DNA of 64,000 nt, from contig JAFGHC010000002.1 in the NCBI GenBank assembly GCA_016939335.1, forward strand, positions 2,147 to 66,146, given 5' to 3'. This stretch comes from Candidatus Saganbacteria bacterium. GTDB lineage: Bacteria; Margulisbacteria; WOR-1; O2-12-FULL-45-9; XYB2-FULL-48-7. This document shows positions 33,611 to 42,215 of the stretch, piece after piece (within the stretch, counting starts at the first letter, position 1; the number at the start of each line of letters is the position of its first letter). A program made the position numbers and the translations under genes. Under the pieces are notes generated by a model. It was not told the DNA's origin and did no database searches. It saw nothing but the letters and a program-made list of their open reading frames with translations.

Positions 33611-35638
33611 ATGTTCGCTGAGGTCATACTCGCAAAAGCTTCGCGCGGCATCGATAAGATTTACCATTATTCGGTCCCCGAGAACTTGAGCGGCCGGCTG
33701 GAGATCGGCCATCAGGTCCGCGCCCCTTTCGGCTTCCGCAAGGAGATCGGCTATGTGGTCGGCTTTGTTGAACAGGCAGAGGTCAGCAAGGTCAAAGAGA
33801 TCGAAGCGATAACTTCCGACCTCCCGCTCTTTACCGCGCAAGCGGTTGAGCTGGCCAGATGGCTGGCCGATTATTACGGATCATTTTTCATTACCGCCCT
33901 GCGGCTCGTCATGCCGCCGGGGACGAAGGGGAGGGAAGGGAAGGGAAGAAAGCCGAAAGCGGACAGCGGACAGCAGACAGCAGGAGAGGGAACAAACCCG
34001 CTTTCGGCTCTCGGCTCTCGGCTTTCGGCTTTCTCCCTAACTGCCGAACAGACAAATGCCCTCACACAGATTAAAAAAGCGATCAACGAGGAAAAGCCGG
34101 GAACCTTCCTCCTCTACGGCGTGACCGGCTCCGGCAAGACCGAAGTTTATCTTCAAGCGATCGCCGAAGTGATCGGGCGCGGCCGCAGCGCGATCGTCAT
34201 GGTCCCCGAGATCTCGCTTACCCCGCAATTGGTGGAAAGGTTCCGCGGCCGGTTCGGCGATCACATTGCCGTTCTGCACAGCGAATTTACCGCCAAGCAG
34301 CGGGACGGCGAGTGGCGGCGCGCGGCGCGCGGGGAAGCCGTGATCGTCCTCGGCACGCGGTCGGCCGCCTTCGCGCCGCTGAAAAATCCCGGCCTCATCG
34401 TCCTGGACGAAGAATACGAAACGACATATAAGTCGGAAAAGAGCCCGCGCTACCATGCGCGCGAAGTCGCTTTGAAGTTGGCAGAGCTTAATGGCGCCGT
34501 CGTCATTCTGGGTTCGGCGACCCCGGCGGTCGAAACTTTTTATAAGGCCGGCGCCGGCGAATATACGAGGCTTGACCTGCCGCGACGGATCGATGACCGT
34601 CCGCTGCCGCCGGTCGAGGTCGTCGATATGCGCCAGGAGATGAAGCAGGGAAACTTTGGCGTCCTGTCGCGGCGGCTCAAGGACGAGTTGGAGAGGACGC
34701 TCTCGGCCGGCGAGCAGGCGATCCTCTTCATCAATCGCCTCGGTTTCTTTACCTTTGTCATCTGCCGCGAGTGCGGCTATGTGGTGGAATGTCCCCGCTG
34801 CGCCGTGTCGCTCGTTTACAGCTCGAGCGATAAACGGCTCCGCTGCAACCGCTGCGGCCACACGGAAAGCCCGCCCGCCCTCTGTCCCAACTGCCGCGGC
34901 GCGGCGATCAAATATTTCGGCAGCGGGACGCAGCGGATCGAGGACGAAGTCGCCAAGCTTTTCCCGGCGGCCAGGATACTGCGTTATGACCGCGATACGA
35001 CGGGCAAGCGCGGCTCCCACGAAGTTTTCTTCAGGACGTTCGCCGCCGGCCAGGCCGACGTGATGATCGGCACGCAGATGGTGACCAAAGGGCTCGACCT
35101 CGCCAGCGTGACGCTGGTCGGCATCGTCTCCGCCGATCTCGGCCTCCACCTGCCGGACTTCCACGCCGGCGAACACACATTCCAGCTGCTGACGCAGGTG
35201 GCCGGCCGCGCCGGCCGCCACCAGCTGCCGGGCAAAGTCGTCCTGCAAACCTATTCGCCCGACAATTACATTATCAAGGCCGCCGTCAACCACGATTATC
35301 AGGCGTTCTATGAGCAAGAGATCGAACAAAGGCGGGAACTCGGTTATCCGCCGTTCGTGGAACTGGTCAGTTTGCTGATCACCGGCGCGGACCGGGAGCT
35401 GGCCGGCCAGGCGGCCGGAGAGCTTGGCGGACTGCTTAGCCAAAACCTGCCGACGGGAGTTTTAGGGCCGGTCCCGGCGGTGGTCCCGCGGCTGCGCGGC
35501 GAATGGCGCCACCAGATATTATTGAAAGGTAGCGATCTTGCGGTCATGAGGCGGGCGGTGGAAGCGAGTTTGGGCCGTTTAACCTTGCCGCGCGGGGTCA
35601 GAGTCATGGTCGATGTCGAGCCGCAGGACTTATTGTAG
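33611..35638 (+). CDS. priA: Primosomal protein N' (replication restart helicase)
   Basis: N-terminal 3'-DNA-binding domain, Walker A LLYGVTGSGKTEVY, DEEYETTYKSE (DExH-like), Cys-rich Zn-binding region CRECGYVVECPRCAVSLVYSS...CNRCGH...CPNCRG. Contains an in-frame repeat insertion (see findings). Confidence 0.9.
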   Translation: MFAEVILAKASRGIDKIYHYSVPENLSGRLEIGHQVRAPFGFRKEIGYVVGFVEQAEVSKVKEIEAITSDLPLFTAQAVELARWLADYYGSFFITALRLVMPPGTKGREGKGRKPKADSGQQTAGEGTNPLSALGSRLSAFSLTAEQTNALTQIKKAINEEKPGTFLLYGVTGSGKTEVYLQAIAEVIGRGRSAIVMVPEISLTPQLVERFRGRFGDHIAVLHSEFTAKQRDGEWRRAARGEAVIVLGTRSAAFAPLKNPGLIVLDEEYETTYKSEKSPRYHAREVALKLAELNGAVVILGSATPAVETFYKAGAGEYTRLDLPRRIDDRPLPPVEVVDMRQEMKQGNFGVLSRRLKDELERTLSAGEQAILFINRLGFFTFVICRECGYVVECPRCAVSLVYSSSDKRLRCNRCGHTESPPALCPNCRGAAIKYFGSGTQRIEDEVAKLFPAARILRYDRDTTGKRGSHEVFFRTFAAGQADVMIGTQMVTKGLDLASVTLVGIVSADLGLHLPDFHAGEHTFQLLTQVAGRAGRHQLPGKVVLQTYSPDNYIIKAAVNHDYQAFYEQEIEQRRELGYPPFVELVSLLITGADRELAGQAAGELGGLLSQNLPTGVLGPVPAVVPRLRGEWRHQILLKGSDLAVMRRAVEASLGRLTLPRGVRVMVDVEPQDLL

Positions 35639-35652
35639 TATAATAGTATCAA

Positions 35653-36144
35653 ATGGTCCTGAAAATCATCAAATTCCCTGACCCGTTCCTGCGCAAAAAG
35701 GCCAAGCCGGTCAAGAAGGTGACGCCGGAGATCGTCAAATTGATCGACGGCATGATCGAGACGATGCACGCCGCGCCCGGCGTCGGTCTGGCGGCCCCGC
35801 AGGTCCACAAATCACTTCAGGTGATCGTGGCCGACCCGGGTTCCGGGGCGCTGGCGCTGATCAACCCGAAAATCCTGGAAAAGTCGGGGAGCCAGACTTT
35901 TACCGAGGGGTGCCTCTGCCTGCCGGGGGTCGAAGCGCCGGTGGAACGGGCGGCGTACGTTAAGGTCAAAGGGCTCGGCCGCGACGGCGAGCCGGTCACC
36001 CTCACCGCCGAAGGGTTCCTGGCGACGATCCTCCAGCACGAGATCGACCACCTCGACGGCGTCGTCTTCATCGACCGGGTCGCCAGCCCGACGCTGATCA
36101 AATACGTGCCGCCGTCCGGCGAGACGAAACTGGAGCGGCTGTGA
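35653..36144 (+). CDS. def: Peptide deformylase
   Basis: GVGLAAPQV, EGCLCLPGV and QHEIDHLDG, the three PDF motifs. Confidence 0.9.
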   Translation: MVLKIIKFPDPFLRKKAKPVKKVTPEIVKLIDGMIETMHAAPGVGLAAPQVHKSLQVIVADPGSGALALINPKILEKSGSQTFTEGCLCLPGVEAPVERAAYVKVKGLGRDGEPVTLTAEGFLATILQHEIDHLDGVVFIDRVASPTLIKYVPPSGETKLERL

Positions 36145-37088
36145 AGCTTGTCTTCTTCGGTACGCCGGGGCCGGCGGCCGGAATATTAAAGATTTTACTC
36201 GACGCCAAGCAGGACATCGCGGCTGTCGTGACGCAGCCCGACCGGCCGAAAGGGCGGGGGCGGAAAGTTTCATTTTCTTCGGTCAAAGAGATCGCACTTA
36301 AGTCGGGCCTGCCGCTCGAACAACCGGATTCGGTAAAAAACAACCCAGCTTTTAAGGCCTATCTTTCGTCTTTAAAACCTGATCTTGGCGTAGTTGTTGC
36401 CTACGGAAGAATTTTGCCCCAAGAAATTCTCGGCGTCCCCAAGCATGGCTTCATCAACGTTCACGCTTCGCTCCTCCCCAAATACCGCGGCGCCGCGCCG
36501 ATCCAGTGGGCTTTATTGAATGGAGAGAAGGAAACGGGCGTCACGATATTCAAGCTTGTCGAGGCGCTTGATGCGGGACCGGTGCTGGCCAGTCAAGCTG
36601 TGCCGATTGAAGACGAAGATAACGCGGAAACCCTGACGAAGAAACTTTTTGATGTCGCCGGCCCGCTTCTAACAAAAACTTTGCGTGAGATTGAAACCGG
36701 CGCAGATAAGTATCTGACGCAAGACGAAGCGCAGGCGACATTTGCGCCGACCCTGACCAAAGAGAGCGGCGAGATCGACTGGCGGAAACCGGCGGCCGAG
36801 ATCAGGGACCGGATCAGGGCACTGGTTGAATGGCCGGTCGCGCACACTTTTTTCCGCGGCCGGCGCCTCAAGATCTTCAAGGCGGAACTGCAGCTGCTCG
36901 ATCTGGTCGCCAGAGAAAAGCGGCCGGGCGAGATCATCGAGCTGGTCAGGAATGAGGGGATATTAGTCGCCACCGGACGCGGCGATCTGCTGTTATCAGA
37001 GGTGCAGCTGGAAGGGAAAAAGCGGATCAAGGCCTACGACCTGGTCATCGGTCACGACGTGAAAAACGGCGAGATCTTGCCGAATTAG
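36141..37088 (+). CDS. fmt: Methionyl-tRNA formyltransferase
   Basis: MKLVFFGTPGPAAGIL... formyl-transferase N-domain (INVHASLLPKYRGAAPIQ) plus C-terminal domain. 4-bp overlap with def. Confidence 0.9.
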   Translation: MKLVFFGTPGPAAGILKILLDAKQDIAAVVTQPDRPKGRGRKVSFSSVKEIALKSGLPLEQPDSVKNNPAFKAYLSSLKPDLGVVVAYGRILPQEILGVPKHGFINVHASLLPKYRGAAPIQWALLNGEKETGVTIFKLVEALDAGPVLASQAVPIEDEDNAETLTKKLFDVAGPLLTKTLREIETGADKYLTQDEAQATFAPTLTKESGEIDWRKPAAEIRDRIRALVEWPVAHTFFRGRRLKIFKAELQLLDLVAREKRPGEIIELVRNEGILVATGRGDLLLSEVQLEGKKRIKAYDLVIGHDVKNGEILPN

Positions 37089-37107
37089 ACGCTAAAAATC
37101 CCCCTTG

Positions 37108-37125
37108 ACACGCTATATCTGGTGT
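37108..37125 (+). promoter_or_regulatory. NrdR box (16-18 bp palindrome ACACgcTATATctgGTGT) upstream of nrdR-nrdD-nrdD
   Basis: cttgACACGCTATATCTGGTGTggc matches the NrdR operator consensus acaCwAtATaTwGtgt. Located ~27 bp upstream of the nrdR ATG; a TTGACA-like hexamer immediately precedes it. Confidence 0.6.
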
Positions 37126-37151
37126 GGCAAAATTAACCCCACGCTAAACCT

Positions 37152-37604
37152 ATGAAGTGCCCTTTTTGTGAAAGTCTTGAAGACAAGGTCCTGGAATCGC
37201 GGGAAGTTGACGACGCCAGCACGATCCGCCGCCGGCGGGAATGTCTCGCCTGCCGCGGCCGTTTCACCTCATACGAAAGGATCGAAGAGCGGCCGCTGCT
37301 CGTCATCAAACGCGACGGGCGGCGCGAGCAATTCAGCCGCGATAAAGTGGTCAAGGGGATCCTGCACGCCTGCGAGAAACGGCCCGTTTCGATCGACACG
37401 ATCGAAGCGATCGTGGACGAGATCGAGAAGGCGCTGCACCGCGAAGCGGGGCGCGAGGCCTTGAGCTCGAAGATCGGCGAACTGGTGATGGAAAAGCTGC
37501 AGGCGGCCGACAAAGTCGCTTATATCCGTTTCGCGTCGGTCTACCGCAAGTTCGAGCACGTCTCGGAATTCCTCAAAGAGGTCAAGGAACTAACGGCAGG
37601 TTAG
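37152..37604 (+). CDS. nrdR: Transcriptional repressor NrdR (Zn-ribbon + ATP-cone)
   Basis: MKCPFCESLEDKVLESRE...RRRECLACRGRFTSYERIE... is the canonical NrdR sequence. Confidence 0.9.
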   Translation: MKCPFCESLEDKVLESREVDDASTIRRRRECLACRGRFTSYERIEERPLLVIKRDGRREQFSRDKVVKGILHACEKRPVSIDTIEAIVDEIEKALHREAGREALSSKIGELVMEKLQAADKVAYIRFASVYRKFEHVSEFLKEVKELTAG

Positions 37605-37622
37605 CCGGAAAAGGAGAAAAAG

Positions 37623-39746
37623 ATGACGACCCAGTTATTGGACGAGAAAAATAAAAAAGTGAGCGACCTGCCTGCCGGCAGGCAGGATTCGACCGATCTG
37701 GCGCTTTTTGTCAGGACCTCGGGCGATAATATAGTGGGCTGGGACCGCGAGAAGATCGTCGACGCGCTGATACGCGAGACGGAACTTAACCGCGACCTCG
37801 CCGAAGAGATCGGCCTGGAGGTCGAGAACCAGATCAAAAGCTTGAAGCTGGCTTCGGTCACGGCGCCGCTGGTGCGCGAGCTGGTCGACGTCAAACTGCT
37901 CGAGTTCGGCCTGGAGGAGGCGCGCCGCCGCCACACCCGGCTTGGCTCCCCGCTGTATGATGTAAGGAATATCATTTTTAACCCCAACAAAGAGAACGCC
38001 AATGTGCCGCATGGCCCGGAGGCGACCAACCTGACGCTGGCCGAGAACATCAAAAAGGAATTCGCCCTGCTGCATGTCTTTACCCAGGACATCGCCGACG
38101 CGCACATGCGCGGCGACCTCCACCTGCATGACCTCGGCTTCATCGACCGGCCCTACTGCAGCGGCCAGTCGGTCGAGTACGTCAAGAAATTCGGCCTCGA
38201 CCTGCCGAACGCCCTCTCGATCGCTAAACCGGCCAAGCACGCCGAGGTGCTGCTGGCGCAGATGGTCAAGTTCTCGGCGGCGCTGCAGGGGGTCTTTGCC
38301 GGGGCGATCGGCTGGGACGCGGTCAACGTCTTTTTCGCCCCGTTCCTGGTCGGCATGTCCGACAATGAGGTCGAACAGATCGCCCAGATGATGATCTACG
38401 AGTACAGCCAGCAGGCGGTGGCGCGCGGCGGGCAGGCGATCTTTTCCGACATCAACCTCTACTGGGAAATGCCGAAGCACTTCGAGAACGTGCCGGCGAT
38501 CGGGCCGGGCGGCCAGTACACCGGCAAGAAATACGGCGATTACCTGGGTGAGTCGCAACGCTTCGTCTGGGCGCTCTTTGACGTCTATAAACAGGGCGAC
38601 GGCTCCGGCCGGCCGTTCTTCTTCCCCAAGCCGCTTGTCCACATGACCGAGAAATTCTTCAACACCCCGCGCCACGAAGAATTCTTGAACCATATTTCCG
38701 AAGTGGCGGCCGCCATGGGCAATACCTATTATGTCTTTGACCGGGGCGAAACGGCCAAGATCTCCGAGTGCTGCCGGCTCTCTTTCAAGCTTGAGCAGAG
38801 CGATCTTGACGACGCCAAAGAGCCGTGGCGGATGCGCTACTCGGCCCTGCAGAACGTGACGATCAACCTGCCGCGGCTCGCCTTCCGTGCCAGCGGCTCG
38901 TCGTCCCGGCTCTTCGACCTGATCGACCAGGCGCTGGAAATGGCGGCGCGCGCCCACCTGCAGAAAAAGAAATTCATCAGCGAGATCCTGGCGGCCGGCA
39001 ATCGCGGCCCGCTCTCGCTGCTGGCGATGCAGCGCGACGGCCAGCCGTACCTCCGGATGTTCCGCGTCAGCTACCTGATGGGGGTGCTGGGGCTGAACGA
39101 GCTGGTCCAGGCGCACCTCGGCCGGGAACTGCACGGGGACAGCGAGGCGCTCAAGCTGGGGCTCAAGGTCATTTCAATGATGAAACTGAAATGCGAGGAG
39201 CTTTCCAAGCGCTACGGCATGCACTTCGTGCTCGAACAGACGCCGGCCGAATCGACCGCTTACCGCTTTGCCAAACTCGACCGGCAGCACTACCCGAAGT
39301 TCGCCGAGCGGGTGGTCAAGGGGAACAAACAGACGGGCGAGATCTACTATACCAATTCGACTTACTTTAACGTCAGCGTGCCGCTCAATCCGATCGACCG
39401 GGTCAAGCAGGAAGGGCTGTTCCACCCGCTGATCGACGCGGGAGCGCTGACCCACGTCTGGCTGGGCGAAAGCCGGCCGAGCGCCGAATCGATCGCCAAT
39501 TTCGTCATCAAAACATTCCAGCAGACACAGAACAGCCAGATCGCCTTCTCGCCGGAGTTCACTTCCTGCAACGCCTGCGGCAAGATCGCGCGCGGGCTGC
39601 ACGCCGCCTGCCCGCACTGCCAGTCGGACAATGTCGAAGGGATCACGCGCATCACCGGCTATTTCTCGCGGATCACCGGTTGGAACAAAGGGAAGACCGG
39701 GGAACTGAAGGACCGGTACCGGAGCAATGAGTACTTTAACGCTTAG
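37623..39746 (+). CDS. nrdD: Anaerobic ribonucleoside-triphosphate reductase (class III RNR), copy 1
   Basis: N-terminal ATP-cone, catalytic ECCRL loop, C-terminal Zn ribbon CNACGK...CPHCQS and glycyl-radical region EGITRITGYFSRI (aligns with the E. coli RRVCGYLGS). Confidence 0.85.
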   Translation: MTTQLLDEKNKKVSDLPAGRQDSTDLALFVRTSGDNIVGWDREKIVDALIRETELNRDLAEEIGLEVENQIKSLKLASVTAPLVRELVDVKLLEFGLEEARRRHTRLGSPLYDVRNIIFNPNKENANVPHGPEATNLTLAENIKKEFALLHVFTQDIADAHMRGDLHLHDLGFIDRPYCSGQSVEYVKKFGLDLPNALSIAKPAKHAEVLLAQMVKFSAALQGVFAGAIGWDAVNVFFAPFLVGMSDNEVEQIAQMMIYEYSQQAVARGGQAIFSDINLYWEMPKHFENVPAIGPGGQYTGKKYGDYLGESQRFVWALFDVYKQGDGSGRPFFFPKPLVHMTEKFFNTPRHEEFLNHISEVAAAMGNTYYVFDRGETAKISECCRLSFKLEQSDLDDAKEPWRMRYSALQNVTINLPRLAFRASGSSSRLFDLIDQALEMAARAHLQKKKFISEILAAGNRGPLSLLAMQRDGQPYLRMFRVSYLMGVLGLNELVQAHLGRELHGDSEALKLGLKVISMMKLKCEELSKRYGMHFVLEQTPAESTAYRFAKLDRQHYPKFAERVVKGNKQTGEIYYTNSTYFNVSVPLNPIDRVKQEGLFHPLIDAGALTHVWLGESRPSAESIANFVIKTFQQTQNSQIAFSPEFTSCNACGKIARGLHAACPHCQSDNVEGITRITGYFSRITGWNKGKTGELKDRYRSNEYFNA

Positions 39747-41865
39747 TCAGGTCGCGGGTCGCGAGTCGCGCGTCGCGGGTCAGGAAGAAACGACGGATCT
39801 TTCCGTCTTTGTCCGCACCTCGACCGACGAGATCGTCGCCTGGGACAAAGCCAAGATCATCGAGGCGCTGGTGCGCGAGACCGGCCTGAAGGAAGAGATC
39901 GCCGCCATCATCGCGATCGAAGTCGACAAGCAGATCAGGGCGCTCTCGGTCAAGACGATCACGGCGCCGCTGGTGCGCGAGCTGGTCGACGTCAAACTGC
40001 TGGAGTACGGGCTGGAAGAGGCGCGCCGCAAGCACACCCGGCTCGGCGTCCCTTTATATGACGTCAACAAGATCATCGCCCACAAGAACAAGGAGAACGC
40101 CAACACCCCGCACTCGCCCGAGGCGACCAACCTGACGCTGGCCGAGAACATCAAAAAAGAATACGCCCTGCTGAACGTCTTTTCCCTGCCGGTGGCCGAC
40201 GCTCACATGAGCGGCGAGATCCACCTGCATGATCTTGGCTTCGTCGACCGGCCGTACTGCAGCGGCCAGTCGATCGAGTACATTAAGAAGTTCGGGCTTG
40301 ACCTGCCCGACGCCGGCCGCTCGGAAAAGCCGGCGGAGGACGCCGACGAACTGGTCTCGCAGATCGTCAAATTCTCCGTCGCCCTGCACGGCCATTTTGC
40401 CGGGGCGATCGGCTGGGACGCCGTCAATTTATTCATCTCGCCCTTCCTCGAGGGCCGCAGCGACGAAGAGATCAAGAAGCTCGCCCGCAAGCTGATCCTC
40501 GAGTTCGCGACGGTCGCCGTCTCGCGCGGCGGGCAGGGGCTCTTCTCCGACCTCAACATCTACTGGGAAACGCCCAAGCATTTCGCCGCGGTGCCGGCGC
40601 TCGGCCCGGGCGCCCGATATACCGGCAAGACTTACGCCGACTATTTGCCCCGGGCCCAGGCCTTTGCCAAAGCGATGTTCGAGGTTTACCGGGAGGGCGA
40701 CGGCGCCGGCCGGCCGTTCTTCTTTCCCAAACCGCTCGTCCATATCACCGAAAAATTCTTCGCGACCCCCGGCCACGAGGAATTTTTGCGGCTGATCTCG
40801 GCGGTCGCGGCGGAAAAGGGGAACACTTATTACGTCTTCGACCGGGGCGAGACGGCCAAGATCTCCGAATGCTGCCGGCTGGCCTTCAAACTCGAGTACT
40901 CCGACCTGCAGGACGCGAAGGAACCGTGGCGGATGCGTTACTCGGCCATCCAGAACGTGACGGTCAACCTGCCGCGGCTCGCTTATCTGGCGGCGGGCGA
41001 CACGGAACGGCTCTTCCAAGAGATCGAGAAAAAACTGCTGATCGCCGCGCAGGCCCACCGCGAAAAACGGAGTTTTATCGAGCAGCTGCTCAAGGAAGGG
41101 GCGGGCGGCCCGCTCTCGCTGCTGGCCACCAGGCGCGACGGTGAGACTTACCTGCGCCTGCGGCGCGTCACTCATCTCGTCGGGATCTTGGGCTTGAACG
41201 AAATGGTCCAGTTCCACACCGGCGAAGAACTGCACGCCAGCCCGGCGGCGCTCAAGCTCGGCTTAAAGATAATTTCTTTCATGAAACTCAAGTGCCAGGA
41301 GCTGTCGGAAAAATATGATCTCCACTTCGTCCTGGAACAGACGCCGGCCGAGTCGACCGCCTACCGCTTTGCCCGGCTTGACCTCGAACATTTTCCGGAA
41401 CGGGCGGCGCGGGTGGTCAAAGGTGACCTGGCGAGCAAGGAGATCTATTACACCAATTCGACTTACTTTAATGTCAGCGTGCCGCTCAACCCGATCGACC
41501 GGGTCAAGCGGGAAGGGCTGTTCCACCCGCTGATCGACGCGGGGGCGCTGACCCACGTCTGGCTGGGCGAGGCGAGGCCGAGCGCCGAATCGCTCGCCAG
41601 TTTTGTCGTCAAGACCTTTCGCCAGACCGACAACGGGCAGATCGCCTTTTCGCCCGAGTTCACCGCCTGTGCCGACTGCGGCCGGACCAGCCGCGGGCTG
41701 CACGAGCGCTGCCCGCACTGCCGGTCGGACAAGATCGAAGGGATCACCAGGATCACCGGCTACTTTTCGCGGATCCCTGGCTGGAACAAAGGCAAGATCG
41801 CCGAACTGCGGGACCGGCATAAATCCAAGGAATGGGGGGGAGTGACGGGGAGTAGCAGGGAATAG
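39727..41865 (+). CDS. nrdD: Anaerobic ribonucleoside-triphosphate reductase (class III RNR), copy 2 (tandem paralog, ~70% aa identity to copy 1)
   Basis: Same architecture as copy 1 (ATP-cone, ECCRL, CADCGR...CPHCRS, ITRITGYFSRI). Overlaps copy 1 by 20 bp. N-terminus carries a heptamer repeat. Confidence 0.85.
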   Translation: MSTLTLSQVAGRESRVAGQEETTDLSVFVRTSTDEIVAWDKAKIIEALVRETGLKEEIAAIIAIEVDKQIRALSVKTITAPLVRELVDVKLLEYGLEEARRKHTRLGVPLYDVNKIIAHKNKENANTPHSPEATNLTLAENIKKEYALLNVFSLPVADAHMSGEIHLHDLGFVDRPYCSGQSIEYIKKFGLDLPDAGRSEKPAEDADELVSQIVKFSVALHGHFAGAIGWDAVNLFISPFLEGRSDEEIKKLARKLILEFATVAVSRGGQGLFSDLNIYWETPKHFAAVPALGPGARYTGKTYADYLPRAQAFAKAMFEVYREGDGAGRPFFFPKPLVHITEKFFATPGHEEFLRLISAVAAEKGNTYYVFDRGETAKISECCRLAFKLEYSDLQDAKEPWRMRYSAIQNVTVNLPRLAYLAAGDTERLFQEIEKKLLIAAQAHREKRSFIEQLLKEGAGGPLSLLATRRDGETYLRLRRVTHLVGILGLNEMVQFHTGEELHASPAALKLGLKIISFMKLKCQELSEKYDLHFVLEQTPAESTAYRFARLDLEHFPERAARVVKGDLASKEIYYTNSTYFNVSVPLNPIDRVKREGLFHPLIDAGALTHVWLGEARPSAESLASFVVKTFRQTDNGQIAFSPEFTACADCGRTSRGLHERCPHCRSDKIEGITRITGYFSRIPGWNKGKIAELRDRHKSKEWGGVTGSSRE

Positions 41866-41945
41866 CAGGGAATTATAAAATCCTTGCTTATCCTTGCTAA
41901 TCCCTTAGATACCTGCCGCTCCAAAATGTTTAAGGAGGATAAAAC

Positions 41946-42215
41946 ATGGAGGTCAAAGTGTTCGGGAAACCCGGCTGCGAATATTGCAAGACGACAATGA
42001 AGAAGTTCGAAACGTTCTTCGGCCGCTGGAACATCGAGGACTCGAGGGTCAAACTCTCTTTCTTTGACATGGAAACGGTTGACGGGTTGGCCGAAGGGGC
42101 GTTTTACAGCGTGAACAAGATCCCGTCCACGGTGATCGAACGGGGCGGCAACATCCTCCACCGCTGGGACGGGGTTGTGCCTCTCTCCGAAGAATTCAAG
42201 GAATACTTCAACTAG
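41946..42215 (+). CDS. Glutaredoxin-like small redox protein (CxxC)
   Basis: MEVKVFGKPGCEYCKTT... has a thioredoxin-fold CxxC motif at the N-terminus. 89 aa. RBS AAGGAGG upstream. Confidence 0.55.
   Translation: MEVKVFGKPGCEYCKTTMKKFETFFGRWNIEDSRVKLSFFDMETVDGLAEGAFYSVNKIPSTVIERGGNILHRWDGVVPLSEEFKEYFN

Noticed and set aside
34037-35443. 468-aa minus-strand ORF inside priA (similar shadow ORFs lie inside nrdD at 37635..39134 and 40429..41235, coaBC at 30816..31880, tamB at 23671..24372 and 25441..26427, and glgA at 45257..46027)
   Set aside because: All are long stop-free antisense frames expected by chance at ~65% GC. Each overlaps a sense gene with strong family signatures.
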